Source: Candidatus Saccharimonadales bacterium (lineage in GTDB: Bacteria; Patescibacteriota; Saccharimonadia; UBA4664; DATIHN01). From it: DNA of 64,000 nt. The notes beneath the pieces are model-generated. The model searched no databases and was not told the DNA's origin. It saw nothing but the letters and a program-made list of their open reading frames with translations. Of the stretch, positions 40,221 to 49,100 are shown one piece after another. The DNA is taken from contig DATIHN010000016.1 in the NCBI GenBank assembly GCA_035480635.1, positions 76,017 to 140,016 on the forward strand. The letters run 5' to 3'. The translations under genes and the position numbers were made by a program. Every line of letters starts with the position of its first letter. Position 1 is the stretch's first letter.

Positions 40221-40295
40221 CTCCCCTACTCTACCCTATTTAGGGTCTTTTAATAAGTTAAAGGCGGCTCCGTAGAGCCGCCGGTTGGTCGCTTT

Positions 40296-40604
40296 TCAGG
40301 CGACTTCTGGGCTGAGTTGGTTTTGCCGATGGTTATCGGCGATGGCTTCGCGCATCAGTCGACGACCCTCACAAGTCATGCGGAAACAGAGACCGTCGCC
40401 TTCTTCTAGGAACCCATTGATGACCAGTTCCCGAAGCACCTCTGGGGTGATGCCTCTGATCTCGGCCGCGTAGACACAGTGGTCGTCAAAGACCAGTATC
40501 CCGCCTCTGTCAGGCTTACACCATTGCAGCCAACCGTCACCCGGTTGGATGTAAAAGATCTCCAGCGCGGTTTGTTGGATCAATTCCTCGGTCAGTGCCA
40601 TCAT
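40296..40604 (-). CDS. Hypothetical protein, winged-helix-like C-terminus
   Basis: MMALTEE start overlapping upstream TGA; LRELVINGFLEE..FRMTCEGR; GGCGGCTC/GAGCCGCC hairpin downstream. Confidence 0.55.
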   Translation of the reverse strand: MMALTEELIQQTALEIFYIQPGDGWLQWCKPDRGGILVFDDHCVYAAEIRGITPEVLRELVINGFLEEGDGLCFRMTCEGRRLMREAIADNHRQNQLSPEVA

Positions 40605-40702
40605 CGAACCGCCATGACGCGCTTGAAGCTGGCAACGGCGTAGATGGCCGAAATTGCCAGGGCTGATGCAGTACCTGCGACTGTCCACTTGACCACCTTC
40701 AT
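40601..40702 (-). CDS. Small hydrophobic peptide (33 aa)
   Basis: SD AAGGGGG; MKVVKWTVAGTASALAISAIYAVASFKRVMAVR; stop overlaps next start. Confidence 0.5.
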   Translation of the reverse strand: MKVVKWTVAGTASALAISAIYAVASFKRVMAVR

Positions 40703-40712
40703 GTTTCCCCCT

Positions 40713-40829
40713 TCACTTGTGGAGTAAGCGCGGAAATCGCGGCTGATCGTTATCGAAGAAATCGATGATTGGTCCCAAAACCAATCCGACCGTCATAACC
40801 GCAGCCAGTGCCGCTACCGACATCACCAA
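40713..40829 (-). CDS. Small hydrophobic peptide (38 aa)
   Basis: SD GAGG; MVMSVAALAAVMTVGLVLGPIIDFFDNDQPRFPRLLHK. Confidence 0.45.
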   Translation of the reverse strand: MVMSVAALAAVMTVGLVLGPIIDFFDNDQPRFPRLLHK

Positions 40830-40837
40830 TTTGCCTC

Positions 40838-41161
40838 TCACGATCGCGCCTTAGAACGAACCGCCCTCTTGTGAGCTGCTTTGGTCATACGGTAATGGCA
40901 GTCCGGTTTGGCCTCCAAAACGCCGGCTTGTATCAGGTGAACGACAGGCCGCATTGTCATACTCAGCAGTAGTTCAGAACCGTCGTAGAAACCAGGGCCC
41001 TGCGGGCCGCTGTATATATAGCGGATGAGGGTGCCAGCAGGATGAGATGAGAAAAGTTGGATGATTTGACGTTCGGCGCCCTCGTCGCGCGGATCCTGGC
41101 TGGAATCAACCCCCGCATCACTCCACTCCACGCCGTCGTAATAGAAGCCCGAGGCCGTCAT
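40838..41161 (-). CDS. Hypothetical protein, winged-helix-like C-terminus
   Basis: SD AAGGGG; VVHLIQAGVLEA..YRMTKAA resembles 40296-40604. Confidence 0.6.
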   Translation of the reverse strand: MTASGFYYDGVEWSDAGVDSSQDPRDEGAERQIIQLFSSHPAGTLIRYIYSGPQGPGFYDGSELLLSMTMRPVVHLIQAGVLEAKPDCHYRMTKAAHKRAVRSKARS

Positions 41162-41164
41162 TGA

Positions 41165-41290
41165 TCAGCCCCTTCCTGAGTCATAGGCCGCCAGCGCATT
41201 CAAGAGCATGGCACTGGCGATCGAGCCAGCACCAACCAGGGCCAAACCGAAGATGCACGTTCGGGTAGTGATGATAAAGCCCTTCTTCAC
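41165..41290 (-). CDS. Small hydrophobic peptide (41 aa)
   Basis: SD GGGG then GTG; MKKGFIITTRTCIFGLALVGAGSIASAMLLNALAAYDSGRG. Confidence 0.5.
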   Translation of the reverse strand: MKKGFIITTRTCIFGLALVGAGSIASAMLLNALAAYDSGRG

Positions 41291-41400
41291 TTTTTACCCC
41301 CATGCTACCGAATGGTATGCCAGCCATTGTGCAACTTTACAAATAAATAATCAAGACTTTTCGGATCCGAGAGCTTACCCTCGGATCCTAGTCACCACCC

Positions 41401-41721
41401 TTAAGCAGTGACGAAGCTGGCGGCCGGCACGTCGTAGGTCGAATGGTTGATCATCACTCGCCCCAAGTAGCGGTGGTACGGGCTGTAGCGACCAGGTTCG
41501 CGGGTGTGTTCAATCAGCAGACCATTCAGTCGGTAACCATCCGGCGCCACTAGCAATTGATCACAGTTGGCAACCAACTGGTCCGCGGTCCCAGCAATTT
41601 GGACTAAGAACTCATCCCCAGGCAACAGCCGAACTACGTCGACTGCCACTCTGACTGTTCCGAGCTTTGGCATGATCCGCCGACAGGCCGGCTCACTGCC
41701 CTTAACTAGAACTTGGGTCAC
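41401..41721 (-). CDS. Hypothetical protein
   Basis: SD AAGGGG, upstream TATAAT, downstream GGATCCGAG/CTCGGATCC hairpin. Confidence 0.6.
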   Translation of the reverse strand: MTQVLVKGSEPACRRIMPKLGTVRVAVDVVRLLPGDEFLVQIAGTADQLVANCDQLLVAPDGYRLNGLLIEHTREPGRYSPYHRYLGRVMINHSTYDVPAASFVTA

Positions 41722-41845
41722 TCTATCCCCTTTTGTTGGTACGAACTTAGATAAGTTACTTTGATTATATTCGGTTTTTGTTCGGTTTGTAAAGAGTTTT
41801 TCTCAAATAAATTTCCCTCACTCGGGAAGGCATTCTAACTTCTCT

Positions 41846-42213
41846 CCCCACCAATTTTTTATGTAAGCTCTTATTTCTTACCCCTGTAATACTTTGTATG
41901 GCCGTCGATACAAAAAAATTGGTGGGGCTTGTTTCTTTTCTAGATCATCTTGAGCAGATTGCTCAGTCTATATCTCCCCTTACTTAGTTCTTCGCAATCT
42001 GCTGTTTGGATTTAATAAATACACTCTTCTAGCTGAGGTCTGAATTACTCCATTTAGCAGGTTGTGAGGGGTTTGGTAGTGGGAGAAAGTAAGCGAACAA
42101 CCTGCTCCTATTGATCCAAAAGATAAACTCCCCAGCCCATTTTTTTGTATCGACTAAGTTAGTAGTCGTAATGGGAGTATGAAGAGTCAGCTTACACAAA
42201 AAATGGGCTGGGG
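41846..42213. repeat. Modular hairpin repeat, two inverted units (A-B and B-A)
   Basis: A 41846-41927, B 41953-42003, variant B 42056-42106, A 42130-42213. Confidence 0.9.
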
Positions 42214-42232
42214 GGAGAAGTTAGTACCTGGT

Positions 42233-43387
42233 TTAAATAAGCCCGAGCTTGACGGAGCAGACCGGCCAGGGCGACCAGCCACGGCGGGCCTGAACGACTT
42301 TGGCAATCGCATCTTGAGTCGCGGGATCAGCGTCGCTTGGCAAACCGGTGCCGCCGTTTGATTGCCAGGTACCCAGATCGAACTGGTAGGCGCCATAATA
42401 ACCATTGCCGCTGTTACGGGTATAATTATTACCTGTTTCACAAACCCGCAAACGATACCAAACATCATCCCGAATCTTGGTACCGACATGAATCACTCGA
42501 TTGACGGGATTCACCAGATTGGCCACATTCAAAACTTGGCGCTGAACCTCAATGCCATCGTGATAATTAATTTTATAGGTCACATCGCGGCCGCCAACGC
42601 TACCTGCTTCGACCACTCGGCTCTCGCCCTGGTACATCGAATCATCACGAACGGTCTGAATATGATTAGCTAGATCCTCATGTTTAGTTACAACGACTTC
42701 CGTCACCCGAGTGATGGTAATGTTTTCGCCCGGCACAATTTGATTGCTCAATGGCACCGAGGTCGTATCTTGCTCCCCCATCGGTATGTGCTTTTCTTGC
42801 AATAAGCCAGCCACCGTAGTGGCTTGGGTCCGCAGTTGTCTAGTGGCGCCGTCAACGCTCAAGACCACTGGTTTGGCCCGTTTGACTACGACCTTTTCGC
42901 CCACCGTCCCATCGCCAACGAAGTTGGTCACGAAAGCATCGCTAAATTGGTCCTCGGGGTAGGTGTTAATCCCGGCATCCCCCGTGATCAAGCGCGGACT
43001 GCCATGCGGAGAATCAACCATCTTTTCGGTCGTGCCGTCTTGAACTAAAACTGGTCGGGCTCGGTACACGTTGATATTAAAGAAGCCAGTTGGAATTTGA
43101 GTGTTAGCAGCCGGCTCTACCAGATCGTGCGGTCCCAGTTTGGAATTTGTTCGCGCCAAAACTTCGCCCACGGTACTAGCGTCGGTCGTAAAGATGCGCT
43201 TTTGGCCATCCGCAAAGTAGCTAACCACCTTGGCCGAGTCGGCGTAGGCGCGACCCGTGGTGGGTAGTTTTCCGGCTAAGATTGCGTAAGTAACGATAAT
43301 GATGAGAATGCCGACCAAACCGTAGATGCGTGGTGCTGTCGGCACCCGGCCCCGGTGGGACCGATTGGTGTTGCCTAAAATCGACAA
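42233..43387 (-). CDS. RpfB-like protein: DUF348 repeats, G5 and transglycosylase domain
   Basis: TM; TxAxTV repeats; G5; WYRLRVCETGNNY..GNGYYGAYQF..W..GWSPWPVC. Confidence 0.92.
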   Translation of the reverse strand: MSILGNTNRSHRGRVPTAPRIYGLVGILIIIVTYAILAGKLPTTGRAYADSAKVVSYFADGQKRIFTTDASTVGEVLARTNSKLGPHDLVEPAANTQIPTGFFNINVYRARPVLVQDGTTEKMVDSPHGSPRLITGDAGINTYPEDQFSDAFVTNFVGDGTVGEKVVVKRAKPVVLSVDGATRQLRTQATTVAGLLQEKHIPMGEQDTTSVPLSNQIVPGENITITRVTEVVVTKHEDLANHIQTVRDDSMYQGESRVVEAGSVGGRDVTYKINYHDGIEVQRQVLNVANLVNPVNRVIHVGTKIRDDVWYRLRVCETGNNYTRNSGNGYYGAYQFDLGTWQSNGGTGLPSDADPATQDAIAKVVQARRGWSPWPVCSVKLGLI

Positions 43388-43594
43388 GCCTCTTAGTTAA
43401 ATCCAAGAGCTTTTGTTTCCACCTTTTTGTTTCTGTTAGTATCCTAGCAAAACCGCTCAGGCTGTCAACGCTTATCCACATGTTTTGACGATAATCAATA
43501 CTTTTAGTCAATATCTGATTGTAGGTAATTGACTACATCTGGCTATTATGCTAAAGTAATGCCAAGTCGCAAAGTCCAATTTCGATCAAGGGGA

Positions 43595-43960
43595 ATGAAG
43601 TTGACTGATGCAACCGAAGCCGTCGAAATCATCGAGGGTCGTGGCCCAGAAGAGATTGAACGTGTCATCGACAAGCACCTAGGTACAGCGCCACCGCTCT
43701 ACTACTGCAATGATCAGATCAGTGTCTTAGTTGTGGCTCGTACCAGTCAACCTGATGACGGACGCACGTGGCACCCAGCCAAAACATCCCGATCCGATGA
43801 GAAGACACAGTCGGCGAGGGTTGCCTCTGCCATCATCTCTGAGTTCAGAGCCCAACCAGAGGAATTTTTCTTCGAAGCCAAGGCCGAGGAAGTAGCTGGG
43901 AGTCCAGCACTCTGTTTTACCCGTCGGAACGTCGCAAAAGATCTGCGGGTCGTTGAATAA
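43595..43960 (+). CDS. Hypothetical protein
   Basis: Promoter TTGACT-17-TAAAGT (43529-43557), SD AAGGGG, downstream hairpin. Confidence 0.6.
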   Translation: MKLTDATEAVEIIEGRGPEEIERVIDKHLGTAPPLYYCNDQISVLVVARTSQPDDGRTWHPAKTSRSDEKTQSARVASAIISEFRAQPEEFFFEAKAEEVAGSPALCFTRRNVAKDLRVVE

Positions 43961-44009
43961 CCCGCTTACCACGAGGAATCCGCCTCGGCGGTAGGCGGGT
44001 TTCTCATTT
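43958..44009 (+). repeat. 52-bp direct repeat/hairpin, copy 1
   Basis: TAACCCGCTTACCACGAGGAATCCGCCTCGGCGGTAGGCGGGTTTCTCATTT. Confidence 0.9.
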
Positions 44010-44010
44010 G

Positions 44011-44038
44011 TTGACAAAACTCGTGTTTATGATAGAAT
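44011..44038 (+). promoter_or_regulatory. Sigma70-type promoter
   Basis: TTGACA-16 bp-TAGAAT directly after repeat copy 1. Confidence 0.65.
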
Positions 44039-44084
44039 CGGGTCCTAGTCGCATACCCTATTCGACTCGCACAAGGAGGCCACT

Positions 44085-44498
44085 GTGGCCGAAGCCATCT
44101 TCATCAAATTGCGCGGCAGTACCGACGTTGTCGAAGAAGGTCGTGAACGTATCCAGGCAATTTTGGAGTACCAATTTCGCACTGCACCACTGCGGTTCGC
44201 CATAGACCGCGAACTCGGTGTGCTGGTGACCGAGGCGGCAGGTAATGAGGCGCCGGACGATAGCCGCCAATGGGTCGACATTCATGACATGTCGGAATGG
44301 GACTTCCCCGTTTCTCATGCCAGGCAGCTTTCTGAGGTCATAGACACTTGGCTGAAAGACCTCAGTGATTCCCAAAGAAAGGACCTGTGTCGAGCCCAGC
44401 CTTTCGAGGTTCACGGCCTGCAACTGATCGGCTTCCAGGCGAGAACACGGCGGATCGGCGAAACCAGGGTGCTGGCATTCGTCCCGGCTTGGGTCTGA
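44085..44498 (+). CDS. Hypothetical protein
   Basis: SD AAGGAGG then GTG. Confidence 0.65.
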   Translation: MAEAIFIKLRGSTDVVEEGRERIQAILEYQFRTAPLRFAIDRELGVLVTEAAGNEAPDDSRQWVDIHDMSEWDFPVSHARQLSEVIDTWLKDLSDSQRKDLCRAQPFEVHGLQLIGFQARTRRIGETRVLAFVPAWV

Positions 44499-44500
44499 TC

Positions 44501-44785
44501 ATGACCGATGCGCCCAGCGATGACGACCTGACGACACAAGAACGCGAGCTGCTAGCCGCCCTGCTCTACGGCTCAACCGAAGAGAAAGCTCTGGCCTTAA
44601 GAGCACTCGGCGTCATCCCGGCCGAGGAACTATTAGATGAGTTCGGCAAGCTGACAGACGAGCAAAAGGCTGTCGTCATTGACAGAGCAATTTTCTTGCG
44701 CTACGGCCCGACCGGCATGAACGATGCGGAGGCCATCGTCGCTGCCATGCAAGAGTGGCACGATGGCAAGCTCAAGCTCCCCTAA
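44501..44785 (+). CDS. Hypothetical helical protein
   Basis: MTDAPS start 2 nt after upstream stop. Confidence 0.6.
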   Translation: MTDAPSDDDLTTQERELLAALLYGSTEEKALALRALGVIPAEELLDEFGKLTDEQKAVVIDRAIFLRYGPTGMNDAEAIVAAMQEWHDGKLKLP

Positions 44786-44834
44786 CCCGCTTACCACGAG
44801 GAATCCGCCTCGCCGGTAGGCGGGTTTCTCATTT
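44783..44834 (+). repeat. 52-bp direct repeat/hairpin, copy 2
   Basis: Identical to 43958-44009 except one G/C change. Confidence 0.9.
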
Positions 44835-45394
44835 TATGACAACAGAAACTTTTTGATGAACCCGATCTTGAACGTCAAAGTATAGGCGATTGAAAAAGCA
44901 TGCCCTCTGGTTCTAACCCGCAAATCAGCTGCGCCAGGGACGGTGGCAACGCTTGGATCAACGGTATTATCGCTGAGTGGCCTAATGGTCAGTAATTTTT
45001 TGGCTAAATTTTCATCTTCACTTAGATACTGATCGGCTATTTTGGCAGCCGTTAGAAAGGCCGGACTGCGCTTTTGCATGGTAACTGGGTTGAGATAATT
45101 GCTGTCCAGTACACCACAAATGCTGACGATCCGTTGTGTTAATTCTGGATTCCTGGCCGCTAGAATGATAGTCGCACTAGCCCCGGCACTGGCACCTACT
45201 ACACCAATCAGGTTCCGGCAGCCCTCCGCCGCAGCCAGCAATTTTTGATACTTGGGTTCAAAATCTCCGCCATCCTCCCAGGCTAATTCGCACACATGCA
45301 GCCGCACTCCGTACAATCGCCAGAGTGGCCTAAGCCAGATGTAGAGACGTTCGTTGTTGGTGCCGAGGCCAGGGATGAGGATAACGTCGCGCAT
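44834..45394 (-). CDS. Small alpha/beta hydrolase
   Basis: IPGLG, GASAG, DNTV, GH. Confidence 0.75.
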   Translation of the reverse strand: MRDVILIPGLGTNNERLYIWLRPLWRLYGVRLHVCELAWEDGGDFEPKYQKLLAAAEGCRNLIGVVGASAGASATIILAARNPELTQRIVSICGVLDSNYLNPVTMQKRSPAFLTAAKIADQYLSEDENLAKKLLTIRPLSDNTVDPSVATVPGAADLRVRTRGHAFSIAYTLTFKIGFIKKFLLS

Positions 45395-47506
45395 CTAGAC
45401 TTTGGTAATCGGAGCGAAGCTCAGGCTTAGTTTTTTGACACCCAAATGAGCAAAGGCGGCTGTCAGCTCATCACCATCGACGCTGACCACGATGCCCTCA
45501 CCAAATTTGTTGTGGCGGATTTTATCGCCGGCCTGAAAGGATTTGTGAACTGGTTCGAGTTTAGGCACTTCAACTTCTTGGGCCGTTTGGGAGCGAGTCA
45601 GCTCCGGTGGAATATCGAGCAAAAAGCGCGACGGCGGGTTGTGGCTGGTGTTGCCATAAAGCAAGCGCGAATTGGCATGAATCAAATAAAGCCGCTCGCG
45701 AGCCCTCGTCATGCCGACGTAGCAAAGCCGGCGTTCCTCCTCCAGCTCGGCTAAATCAATTTGGCTGCGGCTATGGGGGAAAACGTTTTCTTCCATGCCG
45801 GTCATGAAAACGATGGGAAATTCCAGCCCTTTAGCGGCATGCAGCGTCATCAACGTCACGGCATTGGTATCGCTAGAATAATTATCAAGATCCGAGATTA
45901 GCGCGATCTCTTCCAAAAAGCCTTCCAGGCCAATATCGTCGTAGGTTTGAGCCACACTGATTAATTCTTTGACGTTTTCGACCCGCTCCGCGGCTTGAAT
46001 GGTGCCATCGTCCAGCCATTCCAGGTAGCCACTGCGTTTGATGACGAGCTCCAAAAACTGGCTGGTCAGCATGCCTTCACTGGGCTCCTGCAAACCCCGA
46101 ATCAACAAGGCAAATTGCTTGAAGGCTTGGACCGCCCTTGGCGTCAGCCCGGTGATTTGATCAGCACTTTCCAGGGCCTCGAGCAAAGGTAGCCCGCTGC
46201 TATTCTTGAAAGCAATCAATCGTTCCAAACTTTTATCACCCAACCCCCTGGGTGGTAAATTAACGATGCGGTTGAAGTTGATCAGATCCTCGGGTTGATA
46301 AATGAAGCGCAAATAGCCCATGACGTCCTTGATCTCACGGCGCTCGTAGAACCGAGTACCGCCGACGATTTTGTAGGGCAAGTTGTTGCGTAAAAAAGCT
46401 TCCTCCAGTGAACGCGATTGAGCATTGGTCCGATAAAGCACCGCAAAATCGGCCAGCTCGCGCTTTTCTTCGATAATCAGCCGATTGACCTGCAGCACGA
46501 TGGCCTCGCCCTCTTGAGCCTCGTTGTAAACTTGCTCGATGACTACGCCGTGGCCGCGATCGTTTTCGGTCCAAAGCTCTTTATGGGAACGTTGTTGGTT
46601 TTTGGTAATGATGGCGTGCGCTGCATCCAGAATGTTTTTGGACGAGCGATAATTCTGCTCGAGTTTAATGACGGCAGCTTCGGGATAATCTTTTTCGAAA
46701 TCGAGAATGTTTTGAAAGTTGGCCCCCCGCCAAGAATAAATTGATTGCCAATCATCCCCCACTACGCAGATATTGCGGTGGGTCGCGGCTAGGAGCTTAG
46801 CAAAAATATATTGGGCCCGATTGGTGTCTTGATACTCATCAATCAGGATGTATTTGAACTGATCCTGATATTTTTTGAGCAGTTCGGAATTGTGGCGAAA
46901 GGCCTTAACGACTTCAAAGATTAGATCGTCAAAGTCCAACGCGCCGGCATCGCGCAACAGCTTTTGATAAACTGTGTAGACGCGTGCGGCCGTGGTTTGG
47001 GCCGGCCCGTAGGCCACGGCTTTGTAGGCGGCCGCATCAATTAGTTCGTTTTTGGCACTCGAAATCAAACCGGCAATCATCGGCGGTGCAAACTGCTTTT
47101 CGCTAATGCCCAGGCTGCGCATGGCAGCTTTAGTGGCAGCTAGCGCATCTTGTTGGTCGTAGATGATGAAGCTGGCTGAGAGCCCCAGATCTTTGGCTTC
47201 TCGGCGCAGAATCCGTACGCAAATCGAATGAAAGGTGCCCATAAACGGCAGATAGTTGCGATTATCGGGGTGCTTGCCTAGTAGCTCCAACACGCGCTTA
47301 CGCATCTCCCCGGCCGCTTTGTTCGTAAAAGTCACGGCCAAAATATTCAGCGGGCTGATGTGACAATCGGCCACCAAATAGGCGATCCGGTGGGTCAGGG
47401 CCTTGGTTTTGCCGCTCCCCGCCCCGGCCAACATCAAAACTGGGCCTTCCGTTGTTTGAACGGCCTGGCGTTGGGGTGGGTTTAGGTCTGTTAGTAAATC
47501 TGGCAC
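45395..47506 (-). CDS. pcrA: ATP-dependent DNA helicase PcrA/UvrD
   Basis: AGAGSGKT, TFTNKAA, IDEYQDTN, LEQNYRS, TLHAAKGLEF, EEERRLCYVGMTRA. Confidence 0.97.
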   Translation of the reverse strand: MPDLLTDLNPPQRQAVQTTEGPVLMLAGAGSGKTKALTHRIAYLVADCHISPLNILAVTFTNKAAGEMRKRVLELLGKHPDNRNYLPFMGTFHSICVRILRREAKDLGLSASFIIYDQQDALAATKAAMRSLGISEKQFAPPMIAGLISSAKNELIDAAAYKAVAYGPAQTTAARVYTVYQKLLRDAGALDFDDLIFEVVKAFRHNSELLKKYQDQFKYILIDEYQDTNRAQYIFAKLLAATHRNICVVGDDWQSIYSWRGANFQNILDFEKDYPEAAVIKLEQNYRSSKNILDAAHAIITKNQQRSHKELWTENDRGHGVVIEQVYNEAQEGEAIVLQVNRLIIEEKRELADFAVLYRTNAQSRSLEEAFLRNNLPYKIVGGTRFYERREIKDVMGYLRFIYQPEDLINFNRIVNLPPRGLGDKSLERLIAFKNSSGLPLLEALESADQITGLTPRAVQAFKQFALLIRGLQEPSEGMLTSQFLELVIKRSGYLEWLDDGTIQAAERVENVKELISVAQTYDDIGLEGFLEEIALISDLDNYSSDTNAVTLMTLHAAKGLEFPIVFMTGMEENVFPHSRSQIDLAELEEERRLCYVGMTRARERLYLIHANSRLLYGNTSHNPPSRFLLDIPPELTRSQTAQEVEVPKLEPVHKSFQAGDKIRHNKFGEGIVVSVDGDELTAAFAHLGVKKLSLSFAPITKV

Positions 47507-47542
47507 TCCCCTATTTTACCAGTTCCCTACCCTATAAAACTA

Positions 47543-47571
47543 TTGACTTATTCAAGTGTTAGTAGTATAAT
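47543..47571 (+). promoter_or_regulatory. Sigma70-type promoter
   Basis: TTGACT-17 bp-TATAAT. Confidence 0.7.
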
Positions 47572-47609
47572 GGTGTTTAGTTCTTGTTCACTCCTTGAAA
47601 GGACCTCCT

Positions 47610-47942
47610 TTGCTTACTTACCCCATATTTACTGTCATCGGCGTAATAGTCGCTTCAACTTCCGCATTCCTGTGCTCCGCTGCGTTCTATCGCTGGCGGG
47701 CCAAGGATGCCCGTCGCCGCATGGAGGAGCTAGTTCAACTGCGCACAGACATGTGGCGCCGTGGTGTCGATCCCGACGACGAAACGGCGGCGTCTCTCGA
47801 CCGCTTCTTCAGACTCGTCAATGACTTGGACCAACTCGATGCAGAAACCGACACTAACTGCGGAGTCATTCGCTCCGCGCTGGTGCACAAACTCGCAAAG
47901 GGTTTAAAGAGAGAACACGACAAGCACGCCGTCGCGGCGTGA
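47610..47942 (+). CDS. Hypothetical single-TM protein
   Basis: SD AAAGGA then TTG; N-terminal TM. Confidence 0.6.
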   Translation: MLTYPIFTVIGVIVASTSAFLCSAAFYRWRAKDARRRMEELVQLRTDMWRRGVDPDDETAASLDRFFRLVNDLDQLDAETDTNCGVIRSALVHKLAKGLKREHDKHAVAA

Positions 47943-47944
47943 AC

Positions 47945-47997
47945 GGCTCCGACTAGGAGAGGTTATCCGACCTCCCCGGTCGGAGCCTCTTCTTTTT
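47945..47997 (+). terminator. Multi-tier hairpin after stop codon
   Basis: GGCTCCGAC/GTCGGAGCC with inner GAGGT-TATCCG-ACCTC; T-rich tail. Confidence 0.7.
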
Positions 47998-48380
47998 TAC
48001 TCTTTGGGCTCTTCCCAGGGTGTGGCTAATTGAAAGTAGTTGCCATCGGGATCGGCCAAGCAAGCTAGCATGGTCTTTTGATCGGTGGTGTCCCCACTGG
48101 GATGAGCGGGCTCACTAACCACTTCGGCGCCCAAACCTTTGATGCGGTCAAACTCACCTTTGACGTCGGTGGTCTCAAAGAAAAAGATCAGCCGACCGGG
48201 CGTATCGTTCTTACCATGAACCTCACTATGTGGCCCAACCATGATGCCACAGCTTCCGACGCTCCAACCCGTAAAGGGCTTCATATCCCAGGTAGGTTTG
48301 CCTAGTACCTTGGTGTAAAACTCGACCAGTTTTTCGGGGTTTTCCGAAGAAATCATTAAGCTATTTAAATTCAAACTCAT
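47997..48380 (-). CDS. VOC/glyoxalase family protein
   Basis: LVEFYTKVLG, FFETTDV, LADPDGNYFQL. Confidence 0.9.
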   Translation of the reverse strand: MSLNLNSLMISSENPEKLVEFYTKVLGKPTWDMKPFTGWSVGSCGIMVGPHSEVHGKNDTPGRLIFFFETTDVKGEFDRIKGLGAEVVSEPAHPSGDTTDQKTMLACLADPDGNYFQLATPWEEPKE

Positions 48381-48513
48381 AATACCTCCTCTTTTATAAA
48401 TTAAGACCTGACTTCAATTGTAATTGGCGACTTGGGGCTTTGCCAAGCTCAAGAATAAAGAAATGACCCGAACTGTTGGGTTCGGGTCGAGCGGTTTGGG
48501 CAGATCACAGGCC

Positions 48514-48792
48514 TCAGGCTGGCTTATAGGCCGTATGTCTGGCGGCGTATCTTCGTCCTCGAGCGGTCAGGCAATAGGCGTTCGACATGTACTTGATGTC
48601 ACGGATGACCTTTTGATCGTGCCAATCCCCGGCCCGAATATGAAGGCGCAGCTCTAGGGTCGTGATCCAGCAGCGAGCGCGGAACCTAGAGATGCTGAAC
48701 TCCTTTCGCAGTTCGCTGGCTGTCCAATGCTGATCTTCGCTACTCCACTGCTGCAGCTGCCGATAAAGGTTGATCCGCTGGGCTGTCGTCAT
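48514..48792 (-). CDS. Hypothetical protein, winged-helix-like
   Basis: SD AAGGGG; WTASELRKEFSIS helix-turn-helix-like segment and YCLTARGR wing; downstream GACCCGAAC/GTTCGGGTC hairpin. Confidence 0.55.
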   Translation of the reverse strand: MTTAQRINLYRQLQQWSSEDQHWTASELRKEFSISRFRARCWITTLELRLHIRAGDWHDQKVIRDIKYMSNAYCLTARGRRYAARHTAYKPA

Positions 48793-48911
48793 TATTGAAC
48801 CCCTTTTCAAGCGAATGCATCGATGGTTCTACCCACCCAGAACGCCAACATGATGCGCTCATGCTAATAAATTTGCAAGACTTTCAGACGGCAACCAACC
48901 TAAGCCATTTT

Positions 48912-49069
48912 CCCTAGCCCATTTTTTATGTAAGCTCTCATTTCCTACTACCATAACCATTCGTGCTTATGTCGATACAAAAAAATGGGCTAGGGTGTAT
49001 ATCTTTTAGATCATCTGGAGCAGATTGCTCAGTTTATTTCTCCCCTTACCTAATCCTTCGCAATCTGCT
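48912..49069. repeat. Modular hairpin repeat unit (A-B)
   Basis: A 48912-48995, B 49019-49069. Confidence 0.9.
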
Positions 49070-49100
49070 GTCTGGATAATTGAAGATGGAGAGTAGCGAA

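Noticed and set aside
41953-42003. Kink-turn (Kt-7-like GCGAAGAAC...GAGC) in repeat module B
   Set aside because: Only two of five copies match; tandem G-A pairs next to the stem explain all five more simply
41846-42213. CRISPR interpretation of the modular repeats (34-nt variable segments)
   Set aside because: Units are dispersed and inverted rather than tandem, variable segments share a consensus, and no cas genes are present
43727-44423. Minus-strand ORFs over the orphan units
   Set aside because: Plus-strand ORFs have promoters, SDs and terminators; these are antisense shadows
43958-44834. Canonical integron attC array
   Set aside because: Repeat is too short, lacks RYYYAAC/GTTRRRY consensus and has no intI; kept only as an analogy
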